64,000 nucleotides of DNA from Victivallis vadensis (lineage in GTDB: Bacteria > Verrucomicrobiota > Kiritimatiellia > UBA8416 > CAMCYG01). The notes below the pieces were generated by a model. That model saw nothing but the letters and a program-made list of their open reading frames with translations. It was not told the DNA's origin and searched no databases. The first letter of the stretch is position 1. Every line of letters starts with the position of its first letter. A program made the translations under genes and the position numbers. The stretch spans positions 606 to 64,605 of the forward strand of contig CAMCYG010000001.1 of assembly GCA_945883775.1 (NCBI GenBank), given 5' to 3'. Below, in pieces: positions 53,647 through 63,209 of this stretch.

Positions 53647-55077
53647 TTATCGCTTAGGTGTGTAGCGCTTTACACTGAAAGACTTGCCGATAAGCGCACG
53701 GCCTTCGTCCTGCGACTTCAGATCCCCTGCGCCTATCATCTGGACAACTACATTACCCAACGCCGTCGCCTCGACAGGTCCCGCTGTCACCTCGCACCCG
53801 AGGCTGTCAGCCGTCAGCTGATTAAGAAATTCTTCACGGCATCCGCCGCCTACGATCGCCAGCGTCTTATACTCTTTGCCCGTGACTGACTTCAGCTCAT
53901 TCCACACCTGCCTGTATTTTTCGGCAAGGCTGTTGAAGATAACCCTGGCCACCTGTCCGATATCTTTGGGCACCTTCTGTCCTGTCTGCCTGCAATACTC
54001 TCTTATACGGGCCGGCATATCTCCAGGCTTCAGAAAAACAGGATCATTGACATCTACAACGGAATCCATTCCCTTCGCATTACCGGCAAGCTTTCCTATC
54101 TCAGAATAACTTATCGTCACACCTTTCTTCTCCCAAACTCGCTTGGATTCCTGCAAGATCCACAGCCCGGAAATATTCTTGAGTATCCTGTAACAGCCGC
54201 CAAAGCCTCTTTCGTTGGTAAAACCATAACTCAGGCTCTGCGGACTGACCAGACAGCGCGCCGACTCGATACCCATTAGCGACCATGTTCCCGAACTCAG
54301 ATACGCCGAATCCTTGCTCGATATGGGCGCGGAAACAACTGCGCTTGCGGTGTCATGGCTGGCAGGAACGATTACCCTGATATTATTGCCCGCACCCGTA
54401 TCTTCGCATATCTCCTTGCGAAGCGGGCCAATATCCGCACCCGGCATAACTATCCTGCCAAGCAGTTTGTCCGGTATACCAGCCTTCTTCACGATATCCG
54501 AAGCCCATCTATTGCTACGGACGTCCATCATCTGACTGGTACTCGCAATGGAAAGCTCGTTAACCATTACGCCTGAAAGCCAGTAATGAAGAATATCCGG
54601 CATAAAAAGAAGCTTGTCTGCTGCAGCTAGTGCCGCTGAACCGCCAACAACCTCAGAATACAGCTGGAACAATGTATTGAACGGCATGAGCTGGATGCCT
54701 GTGGCGTTGGATAAATGGTCCTTGGATATCCTCTTGAAAAGCTTTGCTTCCATTCCGTCATTCCGTGAATCCCTGTACTGAAAAGGAATGCCGAGCAGTC
54801 TGCCTTTTTTGTCTAAAAGACCATAATCCACGCCCCAGGTATCCACCCCGATGCTGACAATCGACTTTCCGTATTTGCTGACCGCCAGCCTGATACCGTT
54901 CTTTATTTCATTGAATATCCCGGTTACATTCCAGTGGAGCCCGGTCGGAAGCGTCATTCCGTAACCGGCAAACCGGCTCACCTCATCAAGCACCAGTTTC
55001 TTGCCGTTATAGACACCCGCCATCACTCGTCCGCTGGACGCACCCAGATCCACCGCCAGATATACTTTATTTTTCAT
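53647..55077 (-). CDS. rhaB: rhamnulokinase (FGGY family)
   Basis: LAVDLGASSGRVMAG matches the RhaB N-terminus (AVDLGASSGRVM). 476 aa. Adjacent to rhaA. Confidence 0.85.
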   Translation of the reverse strand: MKNKVYLAVDLGASSGRVMAGVYNGKKLVLDEVSRFAGYGMTLPTGLHWNVTGIFNEIKNGIRLAVSKYGKSIVSIGVDTWGVDYGLLDKKGRLLGIPFQYRDSRNDGMEAKLFKRISKDHLSNATGIQLMPFNTLFQLYSEVVGGSAALAAADKLLFMPDILHYWLSGVMVNELSIASTSQMMDVRSNRWASDIVKKAGIPDKLLGRIVMPGADIGPLRKEICEDTGAGNNIRVIVPASHDTASAVVSAPISSKDSAYLSSGTWSLMGIESARCLVSPQSLSYGFTNERGFGGCYRILKNISGLWILQESKRVWEKKGVTISYSEIGKLAGNAKGMDSVVDVNDPVFLKPGDMPARIREYCRQTGQKVPKDIGQVARVIFNSLAEKYRQVWNELKSVTGKEYKTLAIVGGGCREEFLNQLTADSLGCEVTAGPVEATALGNVVVQMIGAGDLKSQDEGRALIGKSFSVKRYTPKR

Positions 55078-55136
55078 GTGTTCCCAGTTCTTTGCTTATT
55101 TTGGACATTAGACATGGGGGAATTATGCCAAGCAGC

Positions 55137-56414
55137 TTATCTTCCTGCCAGTACTTTCTTTTCATATTTCCTGACTTCGTCCATCCACTCGCCGTCATCA
55201 GGAATACCGGCCTTTTTGCAAAGCTCGCTCCAGACTGCCCCAAACGGCATGGTCTTCATCTCATCCATCATCGCCAGACATCCAGCTTTATCGCCTGACG
55301 AGTAGAGCCGCTTGAGTTCGGCTGACGGGTCCAGCATCGCAAACAGAATCGCCTTGCGGGTCGCCCTAAGTCCAATCGCATAGGCAGCTATTCTGTTTAT
55401 GCTCGCATCGAAGTAATCGGTGGCTATCGCCACTTTCTTCCAGGCATTGCCACGCGCTATCTCCAGAAACAGATTCTTGAGGTCATCGTTAAATATCACC
55501 ACATGATCACTGTCCCAGCGCATCGGCCTGCTGACATGCAAAAGAAGTCTCTGATGAAACTGAAGGAAGCTGCTGACTTTGTCATGTATGGTCTCGGTAG
55601 GATGATAATGCCCCATATCCATACACAGTCCTATCTTCCTGCTGAGCGCATAACTGCTGTAGTATTCCGTGGAGCCGACAACATATTCTTCACTGCCGAT
55701 CCCGAACAGCTTGCTTTCGACGTAATCAATACAAAGCTTCTTATCCACCGACCGCTCATTTGCTATCGCCTCGTCCAGCGACTTCGTAAGATTTGCCCTG
55801 TATCCCCATCTATCAGCCGGCAGATCCTTGGCCCCATCCGGTATCCAGTGATTGACATGGCATACACCCTTATTGGATTTCGCCATAGCCACCGCAATCT
55901 TTCGTGACGCAACCGCATGCTTCACCCAATATTTCCTCACTCGCTCGTCTCCGCTGGACAGTGTAAATCCTGAATCAGCCATCGGGTGGGCAAAGTAGGA
56001 TGGATTGAAATCCAGCGGCACAGCATTGCTTCTGCTCCACTTCATCCAAGACTCAAAATGCTCCGGCTTCAATTCAGCACGGTCGACTTGCTTGCCATTG
56101 GTATCCGCGTACAAGGCATGCACATTGAGACGATGCTTGCCAGGCACGAGGCTCAACACTTTCTCATAATCAGCTCTGGCCTCAGCCGGGGTCCGCGCCC
56201 GACCCGGATAATTTCCAGTGGCCATGATCCCACCGCCGCTGGTGCTGCCGGCTTTTACCTCGAAACCAACGACATCATCAACCTGCCAGCAATGCAATGA
56301 CACTGGCACGGCCAAGGCCGCATTCAGTGCCTTGCTTGCATCGATTCCTATCTTCTTATAGCGCTCCACTGCCAAACCGTATTCATTAGTTTTCTTCATA
56401 GCATCAATCTCCAT
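55137..56414 (-). CDS. rhaA: L-rhamnose isomerase
   Basis: VPVSLHCWQVDDVVGFE matches E. coli RhaA LPVSMHCWQGDDVSGFE. 425 aa. Confidence 0.9.
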   Translation of the reverse strand: MEIDAMKKTNEYGLAVERYKKIGIDASKALNAALAVPVSLHCWQVDDVVGFEVKAGSTSGGGIMATGNYPGRARTPAEARADYEKVLSLVPGKHRLNVHALYADTNGKQVDRAELKPEHFESWMKWSRSNAVPLDFNPSYFAHPMADSGFTLSSGDERVRKYWVKHAVASRKIAVAMAKSNKGVCHVNHWIPDGAKDLPADRWGYRANLTKSLDEAIANERSVDKKLCIDYVESKLFGIGSEEYVVGSTEYYSSYALSRKIGLCMDMGHYHPTETIHDKVSSFLQFHQRLLLHVSRPMRWDSDHVVIFNDDLKNLFLEIARGNAWKKVAIATDYFDASINRIAAYAIGLRATRKAILFAMLDPSAELKRLYSSGDKAGCLAMMDEMKTMPFGAVWSELCKKAGIPDDGEWMDEVRKYEKKVLAGR

Positions 56415-56432
56415 TTTCTTAGTTTTGTGCCC

Positions 56433-56460
56433 GTAATCTGTGATCTGTAATTTGTAATCT
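56433..56460. repeat. GTAATCT heptad array (4 units) between the aldolase gene and rhaA
   Basis: gtaatct gtgatct gtaattt gtaatct. Confidence 0.75.
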
Positions 56461-56464
56461 TCCG

Positions 56465-57523
56465 TTACGCTACCTGCGCCTGCCTGTAAGACTCCACTTC
56501 CCAGTTCTCTATGAATTTCGCGGCTCTATCCGTCATATATTGAACACCACCAAAAGCACTTGCATACCTCTGGACCGCGGAGCCGTCCATTGCCAGCTCC
56601 AGAGCCAGACTGGCCTTAGTCTGACTGGCACCCAGCCCATATACACCTGACTTCGTCACTACGACTTGAGGATAATAACCGTGTTTAGCCTTGTACTCAT
56701 CGAGGCCGGCTTTAGTCAAAGCGCCCCTATAAGGCCATGACTTGGAATAGACGATATGATCCGGCGTCAATGGCCCCTCAGGAACTTCGAAACCGCTGAC
56801 GGATGCCACATGACTGGCATGGCCAGGCAGAAGAGACTGGATAAGCGCTGTTTCCTCAACAAGCCCCCCTGCTTTTGTCTTCTGCTGTTCAAGAGACAAT
56901 CCCGATTTGAGATATTCCGCATTCAGTTTACTTATAATATCCTGCATCAGAAGCCGCACCTGATCAGCAGTATCCGCGCTGACAAAAATCCCATGGTTCT
57001 CCAGAAAGATCACCGAGGCATCACGCTTGGAGGCCGCTTTAAAGTCTGACAGATGCTGTTTCATCTGCGAGCACAAGGTATAGCCAGGATCGATGTACGG
57101 CACCCACATCGCATCAGGGAAAAGCTTTGCACAAATCTCCCTGCCTCGCACAGAGCAGGTCATTCCGTTCACAACCTCCGGGTGCGTATGCACAACATAT
57201 TTTCCAGCCAACAGCTCATGCAGTGGAGCCTCTACCGAAGGTCTGCCGGAATATCCTTTCCTGACAGAAGCGGCCATGGCGTTCTTTACAATCTCCTCGC
57301 GCTTGCCAGCCTCATTCGAGATTTCGGACCCCAGCATATCTCTTATCATCTTACGTTCCAGCGGAACGAAATCTGTGCTTTTGATTTTGGCCAAAGTCGT
57401 CCCAGACGGTTTTATCCAAAGTGTGTCTTCCGTCTTAGCAGAAGTATTCCCACCCCCGCCTTTAACATAACTATTCGCCCCGAATTCATGAGACAACCCG
57501 GTTAATTCCTGCAACATATCCAT
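56465..57523 (-). CDS. class II aldolase-domain protein (rhamnulose-1-phosphate aldolase-like, stand-alone)
   Basis: GGGGNTSAKTEDTLWIKPSGTTLAKI matches the N-terminal aldolase half of bifunctional YuxG/RhaEW-type enzymes. No dehydrogenase half is present. Confidence 0.75.
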   Translation of the reverse strand: MDMLQELTGLSHEFGANSYVKGGGGNTSAKTEDTLWIKPSGTTLAKIKSTDFVPLERKMIRDMLGSEISNEAGKREEIVKNAMAASVRKGYSGRPSVEAPLHELLAGKYVVHTHPEVVNGMTCSVRGREICAKLFPDAMWVPYIDPGYTLCSQMKQHLSDFKAASKRDASVIFLENHGIFVSADTADQVRLLMQDIISKLNAEYLKSGLSLEQQKTKAGGLVEETALIQSLLPGHASHVASVSGFEVPEGPLTPDHIVYSKSWPYRGALTKAGLDEYKAKHGYYPQVVVTKSGVYGLGASQTKASLALELAMDGSAVQRYASAFGGVQYMTDRAAKFIENWEVESYRQAQVA

Positions 57524-57578
57524 ATTTGCGTCCTTGCCTTTCGTTTCAGCCTGTTAAAAATTGTCTACTCTTAAGAAA

Positions 57579-59042
57579 CTAACAAATTCTCACTGCCTCA
57601 ATACCCAGCAGATCCGCGAGTTTTGATAATTTGCCGGCAACATGCCCAACCCCGATAGCGCAATGATGAGCCGGACCCACTTTCGACCAGGAATTAAGAA
57701 ACCCCTTCGCGCCGAGCGGGAACCGATATCTGGTATTGGTATTACCGATGTTGAGGACTGGACCAGGTACACTTTCCGCCTCTGCCATAAGAATACTGAG
57801 TTTTCCATCACCGCCCTGCACAACAGAAAGCAATGTTACAGGTCCGCTGCGCACGGTCATCTGGATGGAGAGCCCTTTACCAGGCTTCCCGTGATAGACA
57901 GAAAGAGGCACAAGCCCAACCCTGCCATCGGCCATGACCGGATGTGCCGGACCATCGTGCCCCAAATAGACAACATCATCCTTAAAATCCGCGAGATACA
58001 GCTCCGAAAAAGAACCGCCCGCACCGAGGATAGCCATGATCTTCATAGCCTGCACATTCTTTATCTCGCACTCTCCCGCGACTGGGATTCCGTGACTGGT
58101 AAGAAGTGTATTTCCGGCAATCAGGGACGTTACAATATCCTGATACGGATTGCCATCGACGCTCTCATAGTAGTATGCCATAGACCCAAGCCCGTGCCGC
58201 TCTACCATAGCGTCAAGAGCGCAGGAAGTCCTGGCCGCCCGGATAATTTCATCTTTTCCGCACTCAGGCGACACATCGAAGACCTGCCTGAATTCTGAGA
58301 TCTTGGCGACTATCTCCGCCTCTTTAATTTTCTCGCGCAGGGAGTGAAGCTCGCACATCTCCAAAGTCTCGAAGTGACTGCCGAAAACAGCGGACTGCTG
58401 TGTCAAATCGCTATACACATCCAGCATACCGCCATAATAGTGACCAAGAACCCCCACCCGATTTCCTCGCATCACATGCGCCACACGAGCGGCCTCTATC
58501 CATTCAGAGATCTCACCCCAAGCCTCCTCATCCTGCAAATACCCGGACACCAGGTGATATGAAATACCTGCTCTGTTAAAAACACAGGCGATCTCAGGAG
58601 CACTGCAGGCCTGACAGTGCTCAAGCCATATGCCGGTCATCTTACCCCGATCCCCAAGGGCATTGAATTTCTTGTAATCAAGCTGTTCCACCGGCTGGAG
58701 ATTCAGCACCACCACTGGAACCTTGGTTTCCTGCACCAACGGCAGGACTGTTGAAGACAGCGCATAGGTCGACATGTAAAGGAAGATGATATCGACCCTC
58801 TTCTCCCTGAAAAGCGAAGCAGCTGCCCAGGCTTTGTCAGGATTGTCAACCATTCCTGCATCCACGAGCTCCACGTCCATATGGCCCAGCTTCCCGGCGA
58901 TCTCCTTCTGGTATCCCATCAACCTGCCGAGAAGCCCGTCAAACTGGCCCCAGTACGTGTCCAAACCGACACCGAACAGCCCCACACGCGGTCGTCCACT
59001 TGCCGCTTTGCCTTTCTCCGCACTTGCGCTATTTTTTTTCAT
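57579..59042 (-). CDS. L-fucose/L-arabinose isomerase-family protein
   Basis: Size and RVGLFGVGLDTYW...GHDGPAH pattern. Start set at MKKNSAS (59042) to remove the overlap with the upstream gene. Confidence 0.7.
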   Translation of the reverse strand: MKKNSASAEKGKAASGRPRVGLFGVGLDTYWGQFDGLLGRLMGYQKEIAGKLGHMDVELVDAGMVDNPDKAWAAASLFREKRVDIIFLYMSTYALSSTVLPLVQETKVPVVVLNLQPVEQLDYKKFNALGDRGKMTGIWLEHCQACSAPEIACVFNRAGISYHLVSGYLQDEEAWGEISEWIEAARVAHVMRGNRVGVLGHYYGGMLDVYSDLTQQSAVFGSHFETLEMCELHSLREKIKEAEIVAKISEFRQVFDVSPECGKDEIIRAARTSCALDAMVERHGLGSMAYYYESVDGNPYQDIVTSLIAGNTLLTSHGIPVAGECEIKNVQAMKIMAILGAGGSFSELYLADFKDDVVYLGHDGPAHPVMADGRVGLVPLSVYHGKPGKGLSIQMTVRSGPVTLLSVVQGGDGKLSILMAEAESVPGPVLNIGNTNTRYRFPLGAKGFLNSWSKVGPAHHCAIGVGHVAGKLSKLADLLGIEAVRIC

Positions 59043-59047
59043 ATCAC

Positions 59048-60214
59048 TCACCCGTAAAAACTGCATTCATATGCTGTATCATACATCGCAACGATGTTCT
59101 CAGCCGGAACTTCGCCCTGGATGTTATGACAATTATTAAAGACGTAGCCACCGCCTTTTTTCAATTCTGTCACGTTCGCCCTGACGTTCTCAGCCACCCT
59201 ATCCGGGGTCGTCCGTGACAGGATATTCTGCGCATCGCATCCGCCGCCCCAGAAGGTCATAGTACTGCCAAACTTCTGTTTCAATTCGACCGGATCCATG
59301 CCCGTCGCGCTGAGCTGGACCGGATTGAGAATCTGAACACCGTTATCGATAAGGTCAGGAATATAGCCCTTCACCGCTCCGCAGGTGTGATACCATACCT
59401 TTGCCTTTGTCCTTGAGCGGATGTACTGGACAAGTTTCTTTTGGCGAGGCTTTACAAGACTCCTGTATATCTCAGGATTGAATAGAGGTGCGCTCTGCCC
59501 GCCTATATCATCACCGATCATAATGACATCCACCAAGTCCCCGGCTTCATCCAGGAATAGACGGAACCAGTCCGTCCAGAACTTAAGACTCTGATCAAGC
59601 ATCGCCTCGCAGAATTCCGGTTCAGTCATCAGGTCGCAAAACCACTGCTCCAGTCCGCGCATATACCAGCAATACTCATAAACAACGCCTGAGATCCTGC
59701 TGACAACCGCGTACGGAGTCTCCTTCCGGATCCTCTGCGCCCTCTCCCGCAAACCTGCAAACCTGGATGGATCGTCACCCTTCGGCCATGCATACCCGGC
59801 AACATCCTTAATCGTCGCCTCGGCAAGCGGATGATGTGTGATGTCCATATATAGCGGTGAATCATCAGGCATCGACCAGCGCACGCCGAATTCATCGGTC
59901 AAATCATGCCAGGACCGGCCGTCGCGCTGTGCACTGACAATCCCGCCTTTCCAACTGTCTGGGGATTTGGCCGACACATAACGCGTATCGACATGGAAAC
60001 GTTCCAGCAACGCCTCGCAAGGCTCCGCCAGCTGCTGCACAGCATCATAGATCTTAAGCTCATCCTTGATGCCCAGATGTTTCACCAGCCTCAAATAGGC
60101 ATTCTTGTGAATTCCTGTCTGGTTTCCGCCAAGATCTATGGGAAAACGGTCTGGAGTCCTGTGATCCAGCGCCGTCAACATCCGCTCACGCGAAGTCATT
60201 GTCTCACGTTTCAT
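59048..60214 (-). CDS. uroporphyrinogen decarboxylase (URO-D/MtaA-like) family protein
   Basis: MTSRERMLTALDHRTPDRFPIDLG start and a 388-aa TIM-barrel-like length, both typical of the URO-D family. Confidence 0.75.
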   Translation of the reverse strand: MKRETMTSRERMLTALDHRTPDRFPIDLGGNQTGIHKNAYLRLVKHLGIKDELKIYDAVQQLAEPCEALLERFHVDTRYVSAKSPDSWKGGIVSAQRDGRSWHDLTDEFGVRWSMPDDSPLYMDITHHPLAEATIKDVAGYAWPKGDDPSRFAGLRERAQRIRKETPYAVVSRISGVVYEYCWYMRGLEQWFCDLMTEPEFCEAMLDQSLKFWTDWFRLFLDEAGDLVDVIMIGDDIGGQSAPLFNPEIYRSLVKPRQKKLVQYIRSRTKAKVWYHTCGAVKGYIPDLIDNGVQILNPVQLSATGMDPVELKQKFGSTMTFWGGGCDAQNILSRTTPDRVAENVRANVTELKKGGGYVFNNCHNIQGEVPAENIVAMYDTAYECSFYG

Positions 60215-60224
60215 ATTACCCTCC

Positions 60225-60276
60225 AGATATTTCCAACCTTTATTTCCATATTTCAGATTTTGAATTTATCTTGATC
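60225..60276. repeat. weak NNNNATT heptad tract between rhaT and the URO-D-like gene
   Basis: agatatt tccaacc tttattt ccatatt tcagatt ttgaatt tatcttg. Confidence 0.45.
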
Positions 60277-61419
60277 TTATACGCCGGTCTGCCCTCTGAC
60301 CCAGGTTCCGTACCCAATGATTATTGTTGAAAGTATGAGAGCCAGGATACCGGTGGCGATAAGCGCGTGTACTTTCTTGCTGGATCCTTTCCACTCGCGG
60401 AAATACCAGCCCCACATGGTGCTGAAGATTATGATACTGGCCATATGCAGAGTCCAGCTGGCGAAGCCGAACCGACCCATCTGCGTCTCACCCATGGTGT
60501 AGAAGAAGAACTGGAAATACCATGTAGTACCAGCCAACGCCGAAAACAGGTAGTTGGAGAGCACTGGCACGCGGTTATCCGAAACAGGCGCAGCCTTCTG
60601 CGCAGAGGGATTGGGAATTGGCGAGTGGACAGTCCGGCTGAAATACTGATAGCCGGTCTTGTTCTTCAAATTAAGAAACACACACCATATGAAGTTGGTC
60701 GTGAATCCGCCGGAGAGAACCACGCATAGTTTCGGCAAACCGGTCCAAAGGACAGAAGTCCCTGCCGCCGCGGAGGCATCACCAATCGGATTGCTTGCGG
60801 TAAGCGCAAAGGCGAAACAGGCGCTCATGATACCCGAGAAAGTTGCAACTACCATACCTTTGGAAAAGCTGAATTCAGCTATAGACTTCTTCTTTTCCTC
60901 GGCGGGCATTTCTTTTTCCTTTGTAAGCCCGGCCAGCGCTGCAATTCCGATTCCGAGCAGACAGACGGCAACGCCGCCGAGTGTTATCATACCGGGTCTT
61001 GTCGCAGCTATCTGCATGATTGTCTCAGGAACCGGGACTGAAGGAATGAAGATCTTAAATATAGGAGGGAGCAATGTCCCGAATGCAGCACAGTATCCCA
61101 AAGCTACACCCATACCAAGAGACATGCCCAAATACCGCATCGTAAGCCCGAATGTAAGGCCGCCTATCCCCCACATCGCTCCAAATAAATATGTCCACCC
61201 CAGCGTCGCCAACGACTGCTGGCGCAGGACCCCGATAAGATCGTTAGTCATCAATGAAGCAAGTATCCATGGGCATACGATCCAGGAGAAGACGCCTCCA
61301 ACCAGCCAGTATACTTCCCAAGACCACTTACGAACACCTTTGTAAGGCACGTAGAAACTTCCAGAAGCCAAACCGCCAAGCCAATGAAACAAAACACCAA
61401 GAAACGGATTCCCATTCAT
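60277..61419 (-). CDS. rhaT: L-rhamnose-proton symporter
   Basis: MNGNPFLGVLFHWLGGLASGSFYVPYKGVRKWSWEVYWLVGG is the characteristic RhaT N-terminus. 10-TM profile. Confidence 0.9.
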   Translation of the reverse strand: MNGNPFLGVLFHWLGGLASGSFYVPYKGVRKWSWEVYWLVGGVFSWIVCPWILASLMTNDLIGVLRQQSLATLGWTYLFGAMWGIGGLTFGLTMRYLGMSLGMGVALGYCAAFGTLLPPIFKIFIPSVPVPETIMQIAATRPGMITLGGVAVCLLGIGIAALAGLTKEKEMPAEEKKKSIAEFSFSKGMVVATFSGIMSACFAFALTASNPIGDASAAAGTSVLWTGLPKLCVVLSGGFTTNFIWCVFLNLKNKTGYQYFSRTVHSPIPNPSAQKAAPVSDNRVPVLSNYLFSALAGTTWYFQFFFYTMGETQMGRFGFASWTLHMASIIIFSTMWGWYFREWKGSSKKVHALIATGILALILSTIIIGYGTWVRGQTGV

Positions 61420-61523
61420 ACTTCAATCTCCTTCTTCTGAATTACACCTATATCCACAATAATACTGCAACACCGATCTTCAATATAGAGCGTTACAATA
61501 GCGGATACCTTTTCTGTTTAGAA

Positions 61524-61558
61524 TGCACTTTCTGTCCATTCTTTTGCACTTTCTGTCC
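61524..61558. promoter_or_regulatory. direct repeat tgcactttctgtcc x2 at 21-bp spacing, candidate operator
   Basis: Identical 14-mers at 61524-61537 and 61545-61558, with a third ttctgt at 61512-61517. Lies in the divergent rhaT/apgM promoter region. Confidence 0.35.
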
Positions 61559-61620
61559 TTACTAATACCGATAAAAAGGAAAAATTGACACTCTTATGTT
61601 CGTCTGGCAAACTCCGGCAA

Positions 61621-62838
61621 ATGCGTAAAAATAAAACAGTTATTTTCCTTGGCGATGGAATGGCCGATGAACCGATCGCAGAACTGGGCGGAAAAACCCC
61701 TCTTCAGTTCGCAAACACCCCAGCCATGGACTCCATCGCCCGTGATGGCGTAAACGGAACACTGCTCACTCTGCCACAGGGCTTTCCAACCAGCAGTGAA
61801 GTCGCGAATATGTCAGTACTCGGCTGTGATCTGGAAACCGAATACTGCGGCCGCGGCCCTCTGGAAGCCGCCGGCAGGGGGATTCCTCTTGGACCCGACG
61901 ACAAAGCTTTCCGTCTGAACCTTGTGACCATCGAAAACGGTGTAATGAAGGATTTCTCAGGCGGACACATTGCACAAAGCGATGCAAACGAGCTGATACA
62001 GGTTCTGAACGATAATTTCGGCAACAGCAACATACGCTTTCACCCAGGGGTCAGCTACCGAAACATCCTGATGCTCAGCGGCAGGGAATTCTCGCACAAG
62101 GTAAAAACCGAGAAACCTGACGACAACCACGAAGAGCATCTCATCGACCACCTGCCTTCCCCTCTTGAGCCCGAAGCCGAGGCGACAAGTGCATTTCTTA
62201 GGAAGATTATGACGGAAGCACCGGCCATACTGGCGGCGGCACCTACCAACCGGCGCCTGGCTGCAGCCGGAAAACCTATAGCCAACGGCGTCTGGCCATG
62301 GAGCGGAGGCAAAGCTGGTTCGCTCAGGACTCTGGCGCAGAAATATGATATCACCGGCGCAGTCATTTCCGCTGTGGATGTCATCGTCGGTCTGGGGCGC
62401 TGCCTTGGAATGAAGATTATCACCGTGCCCGGCGCCACCGGCTACATCGACACCAATTACGAAGGAAAAGCCGATGCCGCCATAGAGGCACTGAAAACAT
62501 ATGATCTAGTCTACCTCCATCTGGAGGCAATTGACGAAGTTTCCCACGAGCAGGATTTGAAGAATAAGCTCAGAGCCATTGAGAATTTCGATTCCAGGAT
62601 TGTCGGCCGCGTTCTGGCTGCATTTGGACCGGAACTTAACGCTGTAGTCCTGCCGGATCATCCGGTCCCGATAGCAACCGGCAAGCACACCAGGACTCCA
62701 GTCCCCGTGGCCGCAAGGATTGCAGGCAAAAAACCCGACTCCGTTAAGGTTTTCGACGAAATAGCCTGCAAACAGGGCAGTCTAGGCGCCATCAAGAACG
62801 GCGACTTGATGAATCTGCTCTTCAAGTCCCTAAACTGA
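61621..62838 (+). CDS. apgM: cofactor-independent phosphoglycerate mutase, archaeal/ApgM type
   Basis: VIFLGDGMADEP metal motif, LHLEAIDEVSHE, VLPDHPVP. 405 aa from ATG 61621. Confidence 0.85.
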   Translation: MRKNKTVIFLGDGMADEPIAELGGKTPLQFANTPAMDSIARDGVNGTLLTLPQGFPTSSEVANMSVLGCDLETEYCGRGPLEAAGRGIPLGPDDKAFRLNLVTIENGVMKDFSGGHIAQSDANELIQVLNDNFGNSNIRFHPGVSYRNILMLSGREFSHKVKTEKPDDNHEEHLIDHLPSPLEPEAEATSAFLRKIMTEAPAILAAAPTNRRLAAAGKPIANGVWPWSGGKAGSLRTLAQKYDITGAVISAVDVIVGLGRCLGMKIITVPGATGYIDTNYEGKADAAIEALKTYDLVYLHLEAIDEVSHEQDLKNKLRAIENFDSRIVGRVLAAFGPELNAVVLPDHPVPIATGKHTRTPVPVAARIAGKKPDSVKVFDEIACKQGSLGAIKNGDLMNLLFKSLN

Positions 62839-62898
62839 GGCCGATAGGCCATACGAGTTCTCTCACAGAGAACACAGAGATCACTGATGAGATGATGC

Positions 62899-63062
62899 AG
62901 GGCGAAGCACATTGCTATCAAGCTAAGGATAATTTATGTACATTTTGTTCATTCTGTCAAAAAATCCAGGTTCTTTCGCCGGCGCATGACACATGCGCCG
63001 CTACAAACAGGAAAACTTTCCTCACTGTAGCTGAGCTTGTTTCAAGCTCAGGTCTATTCCGC
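62899..63062 (+). repeat. composite of families E, C-tail and B
   Basis: gggcgaagcacattgctatcaagctaagg (E), then cattctgtcaaaaaatccagg (C tail), then B1, then a shortened B2 hairpin. It makes up the listed ORF 62892..63095. Confidence 0.85.
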
Positions 63063-63209
63063 AAACCTTTTGCAAGCAGCTCAACAACGCGTTAATCATC
63101 ATAGATTTACAACATTCGGCTAAAAGCAAAACACGATGGATGCCATTATTTGCTTGCAAATCAATTCTCTTCTCAAGATTATGTGCGCCCTAATCAACAG
63201 GAGGGTAAT

